58,062 bases of DNA, filler included, from Porpidia crustulata (GCA_964255105.1; 6 parts of 6 records of this genome joined end to end with filler, not necessarily neighbours in it); one strand, 5' to 3'; counted from the whole stretch's first letter, positions 23,970 to 36,327 are shown. Notes: generated by a model not told the origin, from the sequence alone. Numbers and translations are program-made.

Positions 23970-26920
23970 ATGGATTTTGTAAGTTTCTCAATTCTTGTTT
24001 TCAATCGGGGGAATTTTACTGACAATGGTTGAATTTACAGTGGTTGCGCTTGACCGGCGGAGCCAGCGCTTCCTCTTTGGCCAAGCCAGCATATTTCACG
24101 GATCCTCAGCAACGTTTGGCCCGCTTCAAGCGGATACATGACCAGCTATTGGTAGAGCCTTCATGAATCCACCAAACCCCTAGCTAATACATGAGATAGC
24201 AATTATGGCGTAGCAAGAAATATCTGTCCAACGGCCCTACTACCACCGAGAATGTTCGCACTTGCATTGAAGGCCTCAGGCGTATGCTGGAATATGAAGT
24301 CCAGGCGCCGGCACCGCACCTCTGTATTGAGTTTCTTGCCGCGTCGCAGACTTACAATGTTGTGACAAAGATTGCGTCGCTGTCTCATGACGAAAGTATT
24401 ATTCGCGAGACACTCGAGTTGTCGAACATACTTATCGAAAATGAGGAGGGTAATTTTCTCGAGGATCAGCATTTCGCAGATTCACTGGTAGCTTTAATCT
24501 ACGCATTGTCAAGTTCTATCGCATCTCTGATGGAGGTTGAGAACGCTATGGTCGAGGTCTTATTCGGGATCGCAGCCAAGATGAGACAGCAGCCGAAATC
24601 ATTGCCAACATGGTTTAGGCCTGGAAATCGTCACCCAGAGGGTGCCACATCGGGGTCTGCAATCACTAATTCCAGCTCGAGGTCAAATAACCGAGAGTTT
24701 CCTTTGTTCTACTTCCTACTTAACTATGTGCATCATGAAGGTAAGGTCGGTGACTTCGCAAGAACAGGGCTCCTGTATATCATCGAGACTGCTACCCATT
24801 CCGACGAATTAGAGAGATGGATTGTGGAAAGCGATCTCGCCATGTTGATGGCAAGTGGGCTAGGGGCACTATATAGTCAACTTAGCAGGTACATTACTCT
24901 CGTTCCATGTGAAAGCTCTGCAGCTGAACTCTGTAGGAAGCTTATCCTATCATTTCCCAATGGATCAGTGCCTGCGATAGTTGCTTTCTCTGGAAACACC
25001 AGTCCTCCACCTCCCCTTGGTACAGAGATGTCCACTTCCGAAGAGTTCCAAGCACATATGGCTACTTTTCTGTCGTATCTAGTCTTCTGGCAAGATGTCT
25101 TAGAACACTGTACTTCAAATGATGTGAAACAGAGCTTGCTTGACCATTTTGAATATCTTTTCTTGCGGCAATTATTGTAGGTTGATTTGTCAAGTAGCGC
25201 TTTTAACATGCTCACAGCTCTTAGGTACCCTTCGCTGATGGAATCCTCCGATACTGATGGTGGCTCGGCTGTTGCAGTCCTAAGTTACCTACGATGTATC
25301 CTCGAATCGATTGATCATCCTGAGCTTACTCATCTGATCCTACGGTATCTCTTTGCCCTTCCCAAAGGACTGTCTGAAGATTTGTCAAAGGCAAGACCAA
25401 CCACGCTCGTGAGGCGACGAAAGTCCGAAATACTTATCAGTACCTTGGCTACTGGTGATCAGAAGCCTTCGCCAGACTTGTTTACTCTGGTCGATTTGAT
25501 ACTTACTAATCTCCAGAGTCGAAATCAACAAACAGTCACCGCAACTCTACGCTTGATTTCTGTCATCTTACGTAGTCATCATCAGCATGCCTTATCCACG
25601 CTTGTCAGAATTAATACGGAGAGTTCGAGCGTCCAGCGCACAATTCTGGCTCACGACGAAGCCCTAGATCATCTCCTCTCCCTAGCAGAAGATGTTGCTC
25701 CCCATGATGATCTAGAAGTATCTTTCGAAACGCACCTGCAGGACGCACACAGCCTTCTAGAATTCCATGCATGCTCAACCTCTTTGCTTGCTCTACCTAG
25801 CATGAGTTCACTCATAACGCAGCCTTCAATGGAAAAGCACACATCAGAGAAACCGCCATTACTGCAAGCACATAGCATTTCACCCGATGATCCAATGTTG
25901 AAATTGCTTCTATTATCATTTGCAAATTTTCTACAGAATGACATTGAGACAAATCTCAGCTTGACGCAGACACTCTCAACCCTCGCATCGTGTGGCTTTA
26001 CCCAATTGGAAGGTTGGCTCTTGTCGAATAGTGAGAACAATAGTCAAACTACAATATTTGACACTCGAGAAATATCCGGAGTCGATAATACTCATGAGGT
26101 GATTGTGGATGAGCATCGTCCTAGCGCTTACGGCGATGACAATGCTGCTGATACACACGTCTTAGATCCGGTCTACCAAAACCTAGCTTCGGCGTCTTCG
26201 CCTGTTCTTACTGTCCTTCAGTCTCTTCTCGACCAATTGGAGAAAATTCGGAGGACTATTCCAGACTTCGACTTGTATTTGGCTGAGCGCCGGCATATAT
26301 TCAAGGTCGGAGAGGAAATCGATAATGCTCTAGCAGAGAAATCTAACATTCCTGGAAAATCCGAAGACTCAAAACACACTTCCCCTACAAGATACCGGGA
26401 AGCTGCTCCGATGGGTTCAATTCCACCGCGACTACTATCTGAAAACACTTCAGCCAGTGCCTCTCGATCCAGCTCTCCGCGAGGTAGACAGTTGACCGAC
26501 CCTCCGCAATCTGCTCTGGTTGGAAGGTTGAGCCATCTCCAAATCCCTCCTTCATCAAGTCCTTCAGGTCTAGGATCGAGGGCTTATTCATCGTCCCCAT
26601 TGCGGAAACACTCTTTATCATCGCAACCCCCTAAATTTGCCAACCCTTCCTTGGGTCCTGCGGATGCACTGCAGCAGAGGATTAAAATGAACCCGCGACC
26701 GGTGGATCGGCGAGGTCATGTGCGTGAGCTAGGGAGCAGCGAATCCAGTACTGTACGCAGTGAATCAGGCGAGCCGGTGTCGCGCACCGCGGAGGAACCA
26801 CCCGAGGTCAGCCTCAGCCATCTACTGACAAATGTGATCATCCTTCAGGAGTTCGTTCTGGAAATCGCTGCTATTGTACAAGTGCGAGTGAGCTTGTTCG
26901 ACGAGGTTGCATTTGTCTGA
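23970..26920 (+). CDS. fhipA: FHIP / RAI16-like (FAM160) subunit of the FTS-Hook-FHIP dynein adaptor complex
   Basis: 9-nt first exon ATGGATTTT plus intron 23979-24040 gives MDFWLRLTGG; FPLFYFLLNYVHHEGKVGDFARTGLLYIIE, MASGLGALYSQLS, FLSYLVFWQDVLEHC, C-terminal SHLLTNVIILQEFVLEIAAIVQVRVSLF. Confidence 0.88.
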
Positions 26921-27765
26921 CTTTGGTATCGGCACGCACGATTTTGTTAGCTAGAAGGTCGTGAAGTTGGACGTCGAAAGACATCCACCCGGCGAGTTGT
27001 CTGAATCGAGTTGCCGGAGTGGCCGAAAGATGTAGTTGAGTATTCGATATCCTTGTCCCTGGTGGTTAAAGTATCAGAATCAGCCTCCCTTGCAGATGTA
27101 TATTTGACTATCGCACTGTCTGACCGAGCGTGAGCGCAAGGAATTGGCGACGAGGTGAGTAGTATAAATATGGCCCTGGCTTTTCAGCAGTGTAGCAACA
27201 TCTGCTTACTGTCTACGTTCAGTCTTTGTCGATACAAACTGCCAGCTCTCTGGCTCATAGTCCTCATAAAGCGTTCTCCTGTTGAACCGAAGTCCACCCA
27301 CCCATTTCCTCTCATATCAACTTTGGAGGGACCATGCTACATTGGCATTCAGCAGCCTATTCCCCGCAATCAGCAGCTGCAGGGCAGACTTGTTATAGGG
27401 TCACCGACGTCTGATCATTCGTGGCGTTTGTCAAATAGTTGCGATTTAAGAAGCCGGGAGGCTATATTTTCATGATGCACTGATCTATAGTGCTTCAATG
27501 ACCCTATGACTATAGCAAAGTATATTTCTGTCAAGCACAATATACAATCAATCCATATATCCTTCCCAGCAATGGATCAGATCACGCCTTGCGAATATAC
27601 CATCTTTCCAGTGACATACCTATCTGCCTCACCCATGCATCTGCCTTTTCCACCCACTCTCAAACTTCCCCCGTCATGTCGTATCAGTCGAATTTCCCAA
27701 TGAAGCGACATGAATCCTCAAGTCATTCCTACAATTGAAACACTTGAATTATATCAGAAAAATTC

Positions 27766-27770
27766 AAAAA
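27766..27770 (-). terminator. Pol III oligo-T terminator of the tRNA gene
   Basis: TTTTT on the minus strand 2 nt after the discriminator base. Confidence 0.75.
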
Positions 27771-27772
27771 TA

Positions 27773-27914
27773 TAGTCGCACTGAGGATCGAACTCAGAAC
27801 TGGAAGTTATTAGCATGGTGTAGGATGTTGATGGTTGAATTTCTGTACCCTTCTCGGAAGCTGCGGAGTTCACAGTTTGTGAACGAGAAATCATAACCAT
27901 TAGACCATGCGACT
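27773..27914 (-). tRNA. tRNA-Val(CAC) with two introns (canonical 37/38 intron 27858-27877; GT-AG insertion 27800-27848 in the variable loop)
   Basis: Spliced form AGTCGCA TG GTCT AATGGTTA TGAT T TCTCG TT CAC AC CGAGA AGGTT CTGAG TTCGATC CTCAG TGCGACT A: perfect 7-bp acceptor, 5-bp anticodon and 5-bp T stems, A and B boxes, discriminator A73. Confidence 0.9.
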
Positions 27915-29025
27915 GTAATTCTTCAAGTTTAGGCTTATTGTAAAATCTATTATTGATGATTTGTAAGACGACAAGATAAGCGGAAAGATTAGTATCGACT
28001 CTCCTCTGTGTTTAGATCATTAATGTGGGCAATATCTTTATTGAATACATAATTGGCTTTTGCAAAATAGAAATGTGTCCCAAGATCATATCTATGATCA
28101 TATTCTCAATATAGCCCTGCTATTTTTCCTTTCAGTGAAACGACAAAATCAGCAACGAAGGCCAAAAAACCCTCACAATCTCCATCTCCACCTCCATCTC
28201 CATCCACTTCATCTCCAACGCACCGCAACAAATACTCTCAACCTACCAAAAAAAAATCTGCATTTCATTCTATCTGCTAGTCCCAAGTATCTACTCCAGC
28301 GTGCACCAAACCGTAAGGCTCTCTATCTACACTTTATTTCCCGTCCGCTTCATTATTTACCAAAACTTTTCTTTTGAGTGGTTTTTTCGTGCTTGTTTTT
28401 CGATCTCTGTGGACGTGGAGAAGCTACAAAGCCCGCGCAATATACGAGATCGAAGCGTTTCATTGAGAATTAAATATCCGTGCGGAATTTCAAATCCACG
28501 TTCCTCTACGAGTATAGCAAAAGACACTGCCAACAATCGACATCCAAACCCCCCGCGACCGCGACCGCGACCGCCACAACCCCTATCACAAACCCCCCTC
28601 GCTGAGCGCCACCAAGACTCACGTCCGTCACAAGTTGATGACAGTCTTCAGAAAACCACTACCAAGATCATCACCAACTACAATCGCGAATACCCTTCAG
28701 GAGCAGAAAAAAAATGTCGTAGGCGGAGGGCAAGTGGATAGATACGGGTATGGTGGCTGGGGGGTATCGATGGTGCGGGAATCACTTCAACGGAAAAACC
28801 CTCCACGCCAAATCCCCTAACCCGAACGCCAATCAAAAACACCAATACCAAAGCATCGCAACCCCCCCTCCCCCATCAACCTCCCTTAACCCAGCAAAAC
28901 ACACAACCATAACAGACCCAAACACTAAACCCAACCGTCAAAAGTACCACACAAAACGACGCTAGCGATATAAAACCCTGCATATAAACCCCTGCAACCC
29001 ACCAGCAGCACCAGCATCCACGATC

Positions 29026-29125
29026 NNNNNNNNNNNNNNNNNNNNNNNNNNNNNNNNNNNNNNNNNNNNTTAATTAATTAANNNNNNNNNNNNNNNNNNN
29101 NNNNNNNNNNNNNNNNNNNNNNNNN
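29026..29125. other. Artificial contig spacer
   Basis: Same linker. Confidence 0.98.
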
Positions 29126-30204
29126 CATCCCCATTCCCCACCCATCCTCCACCCTTTTTATTTGAGTCATATCTAGCTCGAGATACAGCCTTGGGTGGCG
29201 GAGGTTTGGGTGGCTCCCCGTTTTGGGAACAGCTTCAAAGTAAATTTGTGATTTCGTTGACACTGAGCGCTATTGTATCGCATGAAAGAAGTTCATCACG
29301 TTCGGCTTTTTGAAAGTATGCTGTAAAATCTCCTTGAACATCGTATCTGCTCTATTATTATAGCCGTGGCCTTTTCTCCATCAAAATCTTTTTTTACATT
29401 TCAAGAGATACGTACCCAGATAAGTACATTTTCCTATACGGAGAAAAGAGGGATTGGTCGATGCGGCGGAATTGTTAATTTGTTATTTCACCTGATTCGG
29501 AGTTCTGTACGCTCGATGTGGCAGGCGTATGAAGTATACAGCCTGACTCAGCGTATCAGAATCCTGAGTCAGAAAGGGCTTGGGTTCGAAATTCGCCGAG
29601 GATCGCCTTGGTTCAAGCCGATCGAAGACCACAGTCTTTTCGCTTCTTGCTGTACCATTGATTGCTTTATTTGCAACCAAAGTAGTAGCCTTTGGAAATA
29701 AGCTGCGTCATCTCCCTCACATGAAATATCTACATCGAATGTAGAAGGCCATTAGAAGATCCGATGACGAGAGTTTTTGAGACGTTCAGGGGTAGCCAAA
29801 ACCATGGTTTGGTTCGTCTGTGTCTAGTCAGATCTTTGGTGGATGTACATAAATCTGACCGAGCTGAGAAAGGGCGAAGTGCTTGAGTTGGATGCCCTGA
29901 AGCATCTCGTTTCCACCATTCACCGAACCCGGCAAACGTTTCGCGCAGAATCTTGTCGTACAACACGACCGCTAGCAAATCATGACAGAACGAGCAATTC
30001 CGTCAGTCTCTATGTAAAATCATGTAAGATTGTCTTGTTTCCACAACACTGCTAATTTGCCAAGAGTACGTCTGCAGGCCTTGCGCGAAGGGGAATAGGA
30101 CCTCGAGAAAGATCCGGCATCCTGTAAGATATCGAGTCGTCATCATCGGAGACCTGGCTTGAGTATCCCTCATCATTTTCGTCTTCGTCTTCGTCTTCAA
30201 TATA

Positions 30205-33200
30205 TTAGTTATCATTACTGTCAACTGATTCGTGAACGTTACTCGACATCTCATGTTCACCACTTTCAATAAAGGGTTTAAACCGATAGTCGGGACTAGA
30301 ATAGGTGTGAAGAAGACTGTTCATCTTGGCACTGCATATCTGCTTCGCAAGCTGAGGCACTGATATACCCTCAGAGTTCGTGCTGAGCGCATCGGCTCCG
30401 TGTTCGAGTAGGCGCTCGGCAGCTTCGACACTGTCGATTCTGACTGCCGCGAACAAAAGGTCCTTCACGTCTACCTTCTGTTTGTCGATGGCTGCGCCTT
30501 GTTCCACAAGTTTAACTGCTACAGGATAGTGGCTGGTATTTTGGGCAATGGATAAAGCGGTAGTGTGCCATTCATCTTCCAAGTCGGGTGCGGCATGGTG
30601 ATCGAGTAGCACACTGGCAGCCTCCAGATTCCCCCAATGTGCAGCAAGATGCAAGGGCGTGCGGGATTCATGGTTGACTTCATCTGTAGACATGTGGCCT
30701 TTGTCGAGGAGAATTTTCAGACTCTCGATATGGTTAGCTTCTACCGCCCAATGAAGAGCCGTATATTCGCTACCCGGCTCTTTTGTCTGTAGGTCACCGA
30801 TCCTTGCCACAATCGCCTTGTTCAGCGGGTCAATGAGACCTAATCTTGCGAGCGACCAAATAGGGAGCTCGTCGACATTGGGAATAGAGTTGACCGATCT
30901 GAAGTAGCTCCCACCTTCCAACACACCCATAATTTGGGTCTGACCATATTGCCATGCGACCTTCCAAGGGGTCCTGCCATAGTTGTCTTCCTTACTCGAA
31001 TCTGCTCTGATGTCGAGTAAAGTTTCAGTGACTTCAATTTCGCCACTCCTACTCGCATCATGTAACGGCCTGATACCATTCTTGTCCGCAGTATCTGGAT
31101 CAAGTCCGTTCTCATTAAGAAGGCGAACAATCCTCGAGTGCCCGTTCACACTAGCGCTGTGCATCAGACCACGATTGTCGTTATCTCGGACTTGAAGGTT
31201 AATAGTACTCTTGTACTTCAGCATTACCTCAACGGTTTCGGAAGACCCGTAGTCAACTGCGCGTAGGATTGCTGTGCCCCCTCGACGGTCTGTGAGACCT
31301 GGATCGGCACCCCTTTGTAGTAAGAGGTCGACAATAGCAGCTTCGTTTTTCTCCGCCGCAAGTATCAGTGCAGTACGGTCCGCTATAGATTCGCGCGAGT
31401 TGACGTCGATGTCCTTTCTGTCAAGCAAAGCCTCGACAGTCGAATAGCAAGGCTTTGAACAAGCGATGGACAATGCTGTCAATCCGTCTGAATCCCGCAG
31501 ATTAACATTGACTTGTTCAAATTCGAGGAGTCGTAGAACGATACTGGAAAGGCCCAAATTAGCCGCAAGCATGAGCGCCGAGCGATTGTAATTATTTCGA
31601 TTTATGGAATTGAGAATGCGCCCCTTCCTGTCCAATCGTATTCGATCTAAGAGGAGACTAATAATATCTTCGTGATTTCGTCTAATTGCTTCCCACAGAG
31701 CATTGCGTCCAAGGATACTCTGACGGTCTAGAGATGCTCCGAGGTCAAGGAGCTCGCGCACGACCTCGACGTGACCTCTCCTACAGGCATACATTAGAGG
31801 TGTCTGACCGTATCTCCATTCTTCTATGTCGACGAGTCTCGTCTTCTGCTCTAGCTCGGGAATGATTGTGGATAGCCCAAACCATGCACACACATGGCGA
31901 CCGTCAATTCCCCCAGGTACATCCCAGCTGCCGTCGGAACCAGCCTTTGTATACCACGCTGCCTCGATGTATGCGTCAACACGACGCGGCTGGCTCAGAA
32001 GTTCAACAGTTCTGGTCCGAAGACCAGGATTTGGACCAGCATCGCGGACGTGATCTCCCCAAAATTGCGATGTATACGCGATGAATGGATTTTCTGCTTT
32101 CTTTGTTTCAAATTCATCGGGGTCTCCGTAAGGTTTTGCAAAAGCCTCATAATCCAGGCAGGTCAAACAAGCGTTGGCCATATTGATCTCCATGTCTGGA
32201 TACCATGCTTGCCGGGTTTCGTCGAGGTAATCTTGCAAAGTGACGTGGACGAGCCTTACAATCTTATTGCTGTCTATAGTGATCAACCCGGTCGTGCTAA
32301 GCTGGATATCTTGGGGATCATAATCCCGTTTTGGATTGAAAGCAATATCACCTGGTCTTATCGCTAGGACATGTTGCAGCTCAGCTAAACTTAGGCGTTG
32401 GTGCGCACACACAATCAGGGCCAATGTTTTGAGTCCGAGGGCGCAATCTCCACGGTTATTTGGACCCCGGACTCTTTCCATTGCTTTTTTGTAGATCCCG
32501 TTCAATTCTTCTGGATAGTTATCTAAGATTTCCTCAATATCTTCAATCGTCTGGGCTGCCTTAATCGCGTCCATGTACAATTGAGCATATAGAAATTTAT
32601 ATTTCGATTTCCTGACAATGATGGATGGAATCCGGTCTCGAAGTGGGATTCGGTCAAAATGAGGCAGCCGTTCTCGGAGTTCCTCATCCTGTCTCAGCTT
32701 TCTACTGAGCCTAGCAGCATCAGGACGGGCAGGATATATTCGCTTGTCCCAATATGGGGCACCGAATTCTTTCTCCTCTCGTCCAATTTCGAACTTCACA
32801 TATCGTTCTATATCCAATTCTTGTGTTTTGACCTCAACCTCGACCTTGTAATAAGGCTCGACTTGCTTGTGCGACACATCTTTGCAAGGCGTGTTCTGGT
32901 CCTTGCAACGTTGGCAAATATCATATTCACCTCCATCACAGATTTCGCAACGATAATATATCTTGATATCCTTTGCATCGCACGCATCACAATCAACAAC
33001 ACGTTCAGCATCTACACCGTCGAACCTTCTCGACATGACCATCAGACTCAGGTTGTACTCTTGAAGCTTGCCGAGAGCGGACAGCAATTCATACTGGCGA
33101 CCCAGATCACCGCATTCATCTAATGCATCTACTATAAGATATGTCCTCTCGTGAGTTGCGAGTTCGGCTCGAAGGAGTTCCCCAAGCTTCTCTTTCTCAG

Positions 33201-34366
33201 GAGCGGCAATTGGCTTGAACACCTTCGCGCTTTTCCACGCATGCTGGAGGTCTGCAGACACGGCTCTCGAAGATCTCCGCCGATTTGGCTGTTTAAGCTG
33301 TTTGAGCTGTTTGAGCTGTTTGAGCTGTTTGAGCTGTTTGAGCTGTATGAACTGCTTCAGCAAGCTGCCCAATAAGTTCTCTATCGTTTGGTTCCTGGAA
33401 TCCTTATGGTCTAGGAACAGACAAATCACCGGTCTATCGACATCCTTGAACTTTTCCTCGAGATGATTCTTCACGATGGCCGAAAGCATGGTCTGGAAAG
33501 ACTATCAGATGATGGATTGATAAATGCGCAGAATATCACCGGCAGCTTACTTTTCCGGTGCCTGCCTCTCCATAACAATGAAGATACCATGGCCGGCCGG
33601 TAGCCCAGAGAGTCAAAGTCGGCGAGTCAAGCAGCCACTGGCCGATAGGGAATGATCTGGCCCAGAGATACTTCTGCCTCGCCTGGTAGTCCAGGGGAGA
33701 AAGCCATTGCTGAATCAATCCGCTCTCCTTGTCTTCGTCGTCTTTTCTCCTCCTTTCGTCGTCTCTTCTCTTCCCTTCCTCCCTCTCACGTGCGAGTCTG
33801 AGTATTTCTGTCGTTTTGGCATTGGTGTCTTGCCCAACGTCCGCAACACCTTTCGTTGTTTTCAAGATGTGCTTAGAAAGCTCCATCTGGAAGATAGGTA
33901 AGAGGTGATGAATATCTGAGCGCGATTTTCTTATGTCCGTGAGCATGCTTATCAAGTCGCCCTTCTTCCACAGGTAGTACAACTTTGTGCAGAAACGATG
34001 ACTTTTCCATCCTCGACGATTTACCATGGCATACAAATTTGCCATGTTCTTTTTGAGTCGTGCCAAAGGCCCCCCCGGTTCACCCCCCGGATCCGGCTCA
34101 TACGTCCAATCCGCATTCAGCACCCCACTTGTGCGTTCCAACTCCAATATGTCTTTGATCCAGTCCTCAGCGGTATCCGTATCATGCTTAAGTCGCTCGA
34201 TCTTCTCAACAAGGTTCTGAATCTCCTCTAAGTTCTCTTTAATCTGCTTGATTTCTTCTTCTGCGTGGCTCAGGTCATGCCAGGTCGAGTGAGCCTGCTG
34301 TCCAGCCAGTCCGCAGAGCTGAATCAAAGTGAGACAGCCAACAGTGATGCTGAAAGGGTCAGTCAT
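30205..34366 (-). CDS. Fungal NLR-like STAND protein: helical (HeLo-like) N-terminus, NACHT with inserted ZZ zinc finger, ankyrin repeats
   Basis: Start MTDPFSITVGCLTLIQL; WLSPLDY; Walker A GEAGTGK|T split by intron 33493-33550; Walker B YLIVDALDEC; CDAC-YRCEIC-DICQRC-C-H ZZ motif; RLVHVTLQDYL; many ankyrin units (GQTPLMYACRRGH, TALHWAVEANH, RTPLHLAAHWGN). Confidence 0.92.
33289..33342. repeat. 9-bp coding minisatellite (CTGTTTGAG x5 plus one variant) encoding (LKQ)6
   Basis: Read directly from the sequence; lies inside the NACHT domain. Confidence 0.95.
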
Positions 34367-35588
34367 TGTGACGAGAATCAGACACCAGAAGGCAATAGTG
34401 AATTCGGGCACAGATGGCCGAGTCGGACGAAGGATATCAAGATAATCCTAAATACGACAGTGCGACTACGAAATTAGCAACCGGTCAATTGACGTTGCCT
34501 TGAGTGAGAGCAAAGTCAACAGTATCGGAGGAGCCACAAGCACGAGGGCAATAGGCAGCAATGAGCCTTGAGCCGCCCAGGCAAGTTTGACTACCTCGAC
34601 CCTTGACTAAATGAGGCTTTTATGTGGAATCGCAACCGGCGAGGGCAGCAAGATATTACTCAGTCACAGGCTGGCTGGCTAGACTTGGATGGCGCCTCCG
34701 GAAGCAATTGATACCGTATTCTATAATTCTATACCATGCTTAACCCTTCATGTCGGTTTTGTAAGTCTCAGGCGTCCAGCCAAGGTGCCAAGATGCATAC
34801 AGGTGGGGCTGAACGATCAGGTACGAAACCCCTAATCTGTTCCGTATCCCGCGTTCCTTACAACTCATTAGCGTACCCATACTCGCCATGCTTGTTCGCA
34901 TACCTTACGCCGCATGGATCTGGCTTTGAAAGCAGCTGTGGGCTGAGAGCTACTTCGCATTCCGTGGATGTCACATAGGTATCTACAGGCTATAACGGAA
35001 TCTTGGTCGGAGTCTGTATAGAAGACCATCCAGATGCATCGACGGTAGATTGACGGTGGCGGAGGGAGGGAAATGGGCCATGTTGGCGTGGGACGCCTGA
35101 AAGTGTGGGGTGATTTTTCGCTTCCGAGAACCTATCGGGTGAAGTGATTGATGATACTCGTAATCACACTAATTCGTAAGCATTATACTTTACCTGTCCT
35201 CAGATTCTTAACGCATCCATGCCTTTCTTCGTGGTCGTCTACTACTGTACAATTACGCTCATGACGTCTCATCGTCCCACGTAGACAGCTGACAAAGCGC
35301 GTCAGTTTCTACATGCCTTAATGTCAAGTGATGGACGGAGCTGCCCAGCTACGGATAGCCTGGCGCAGTCCCAAAATCGATGACAACGAAATTCGATACT
35401 CTAACATCAAAAGGGTTACGACTCGGCGATGGCTAACCCAATTGCGGCTGAGCGACGAATAGCATCGAAGCTGACATCCCTAGCGTGCCATATTGCAGGG
35501 TCGACGTTGATCAGACCCAATCAAAATGTTGCAGTATTCTCACTCATTCACATCTTCATCACCGTATGGGGTTAGATAGAGTAGAATT

Positions 35589-35915
35589 CTACTATGGTAC
35601 TCGGGGTTTCAGTTGTTAGTACGTGGCGTTTGGCTATACCCAATTAGACATCGTTTATGGCCAGTATATCTACCCTAAAATCTAGTATGTTTTCCCTCTG
35701 GATCAATAACGGCCTGGATAGGTGAGCCGAGAGGTAGGTAGGTAGGCGGGTGATTTGAAGCAGTTGATTAGGTGCTTGAGCAGGTAATTGAGTAATTGAT
35801 CAAACAGGTGAAAATTTGCTGAATTAGGAGCCGAGTATTCTGGCATTGAAGATTAAACGCTAGCAGGGGGGCTAGCCGAGTGTACTAACAACTGATACCC
35901 CGAGTACCGTAGTAG
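35589..35915. mobile_element. MITE-like non-autonomous element (~327 bp) with 34-bp terminal inverted repeats
   Basis: 35589-35622 CTACTATGGTACTCGGGGTTTCAGTTGTTAGTAC matches the reverse complement of 35882-35915 at 32/34 positions; no ORF inside. Confidence 0.75.
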
Positions 35916-36327
35916 TTCCGCAACTACCTAGGAACATAGGTACCTAAGGTACCCTTACATCCATAAGGCAAGGCTAGGCGGACAATTCTCAGCTAGCTTC
36001 CATCTGAGCCTCATATGTCAGATTGATTCAGGGGCCAAAGTAGTCTCCCATACGCCTATTCCGTATCATGTACGGTATCATTTTCTTCTGCTGACCAGGC
36101 TGAGCAGGCTTGTTGTACCGCTAGTTTGGGTTGGAAATGATGCTCACTAAGTGGTAATTAGTTGCACGTATCTATAGGTAATGTCTTCAGCTCGCGTGCT
36201 TTGCTGGGAATTGCTTCTACATCATGCTTCTTCAACGTCAAGTTGACCGACATTCTTTATTGTTGCTGGATTTGTAGGATATATTGATTGTTTAGGTTGC
36301 CTTAATACTCTTGTTCCCCGTATCAAC

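Noticed and set aside
27800..27848. Reading the insert as a long type-II variable arm or a SINE body
   Set aside because: It forms no stem, Val tRNAs have short variable loops, and the 3' tRNA half and terminator follow intact
28060..29025. Short ORFs with Pro/Arg-rich text (GCGACC repeats)
   Set aside because: Low-complexity C/A-rich contig end with no recognisable domain or splice structure
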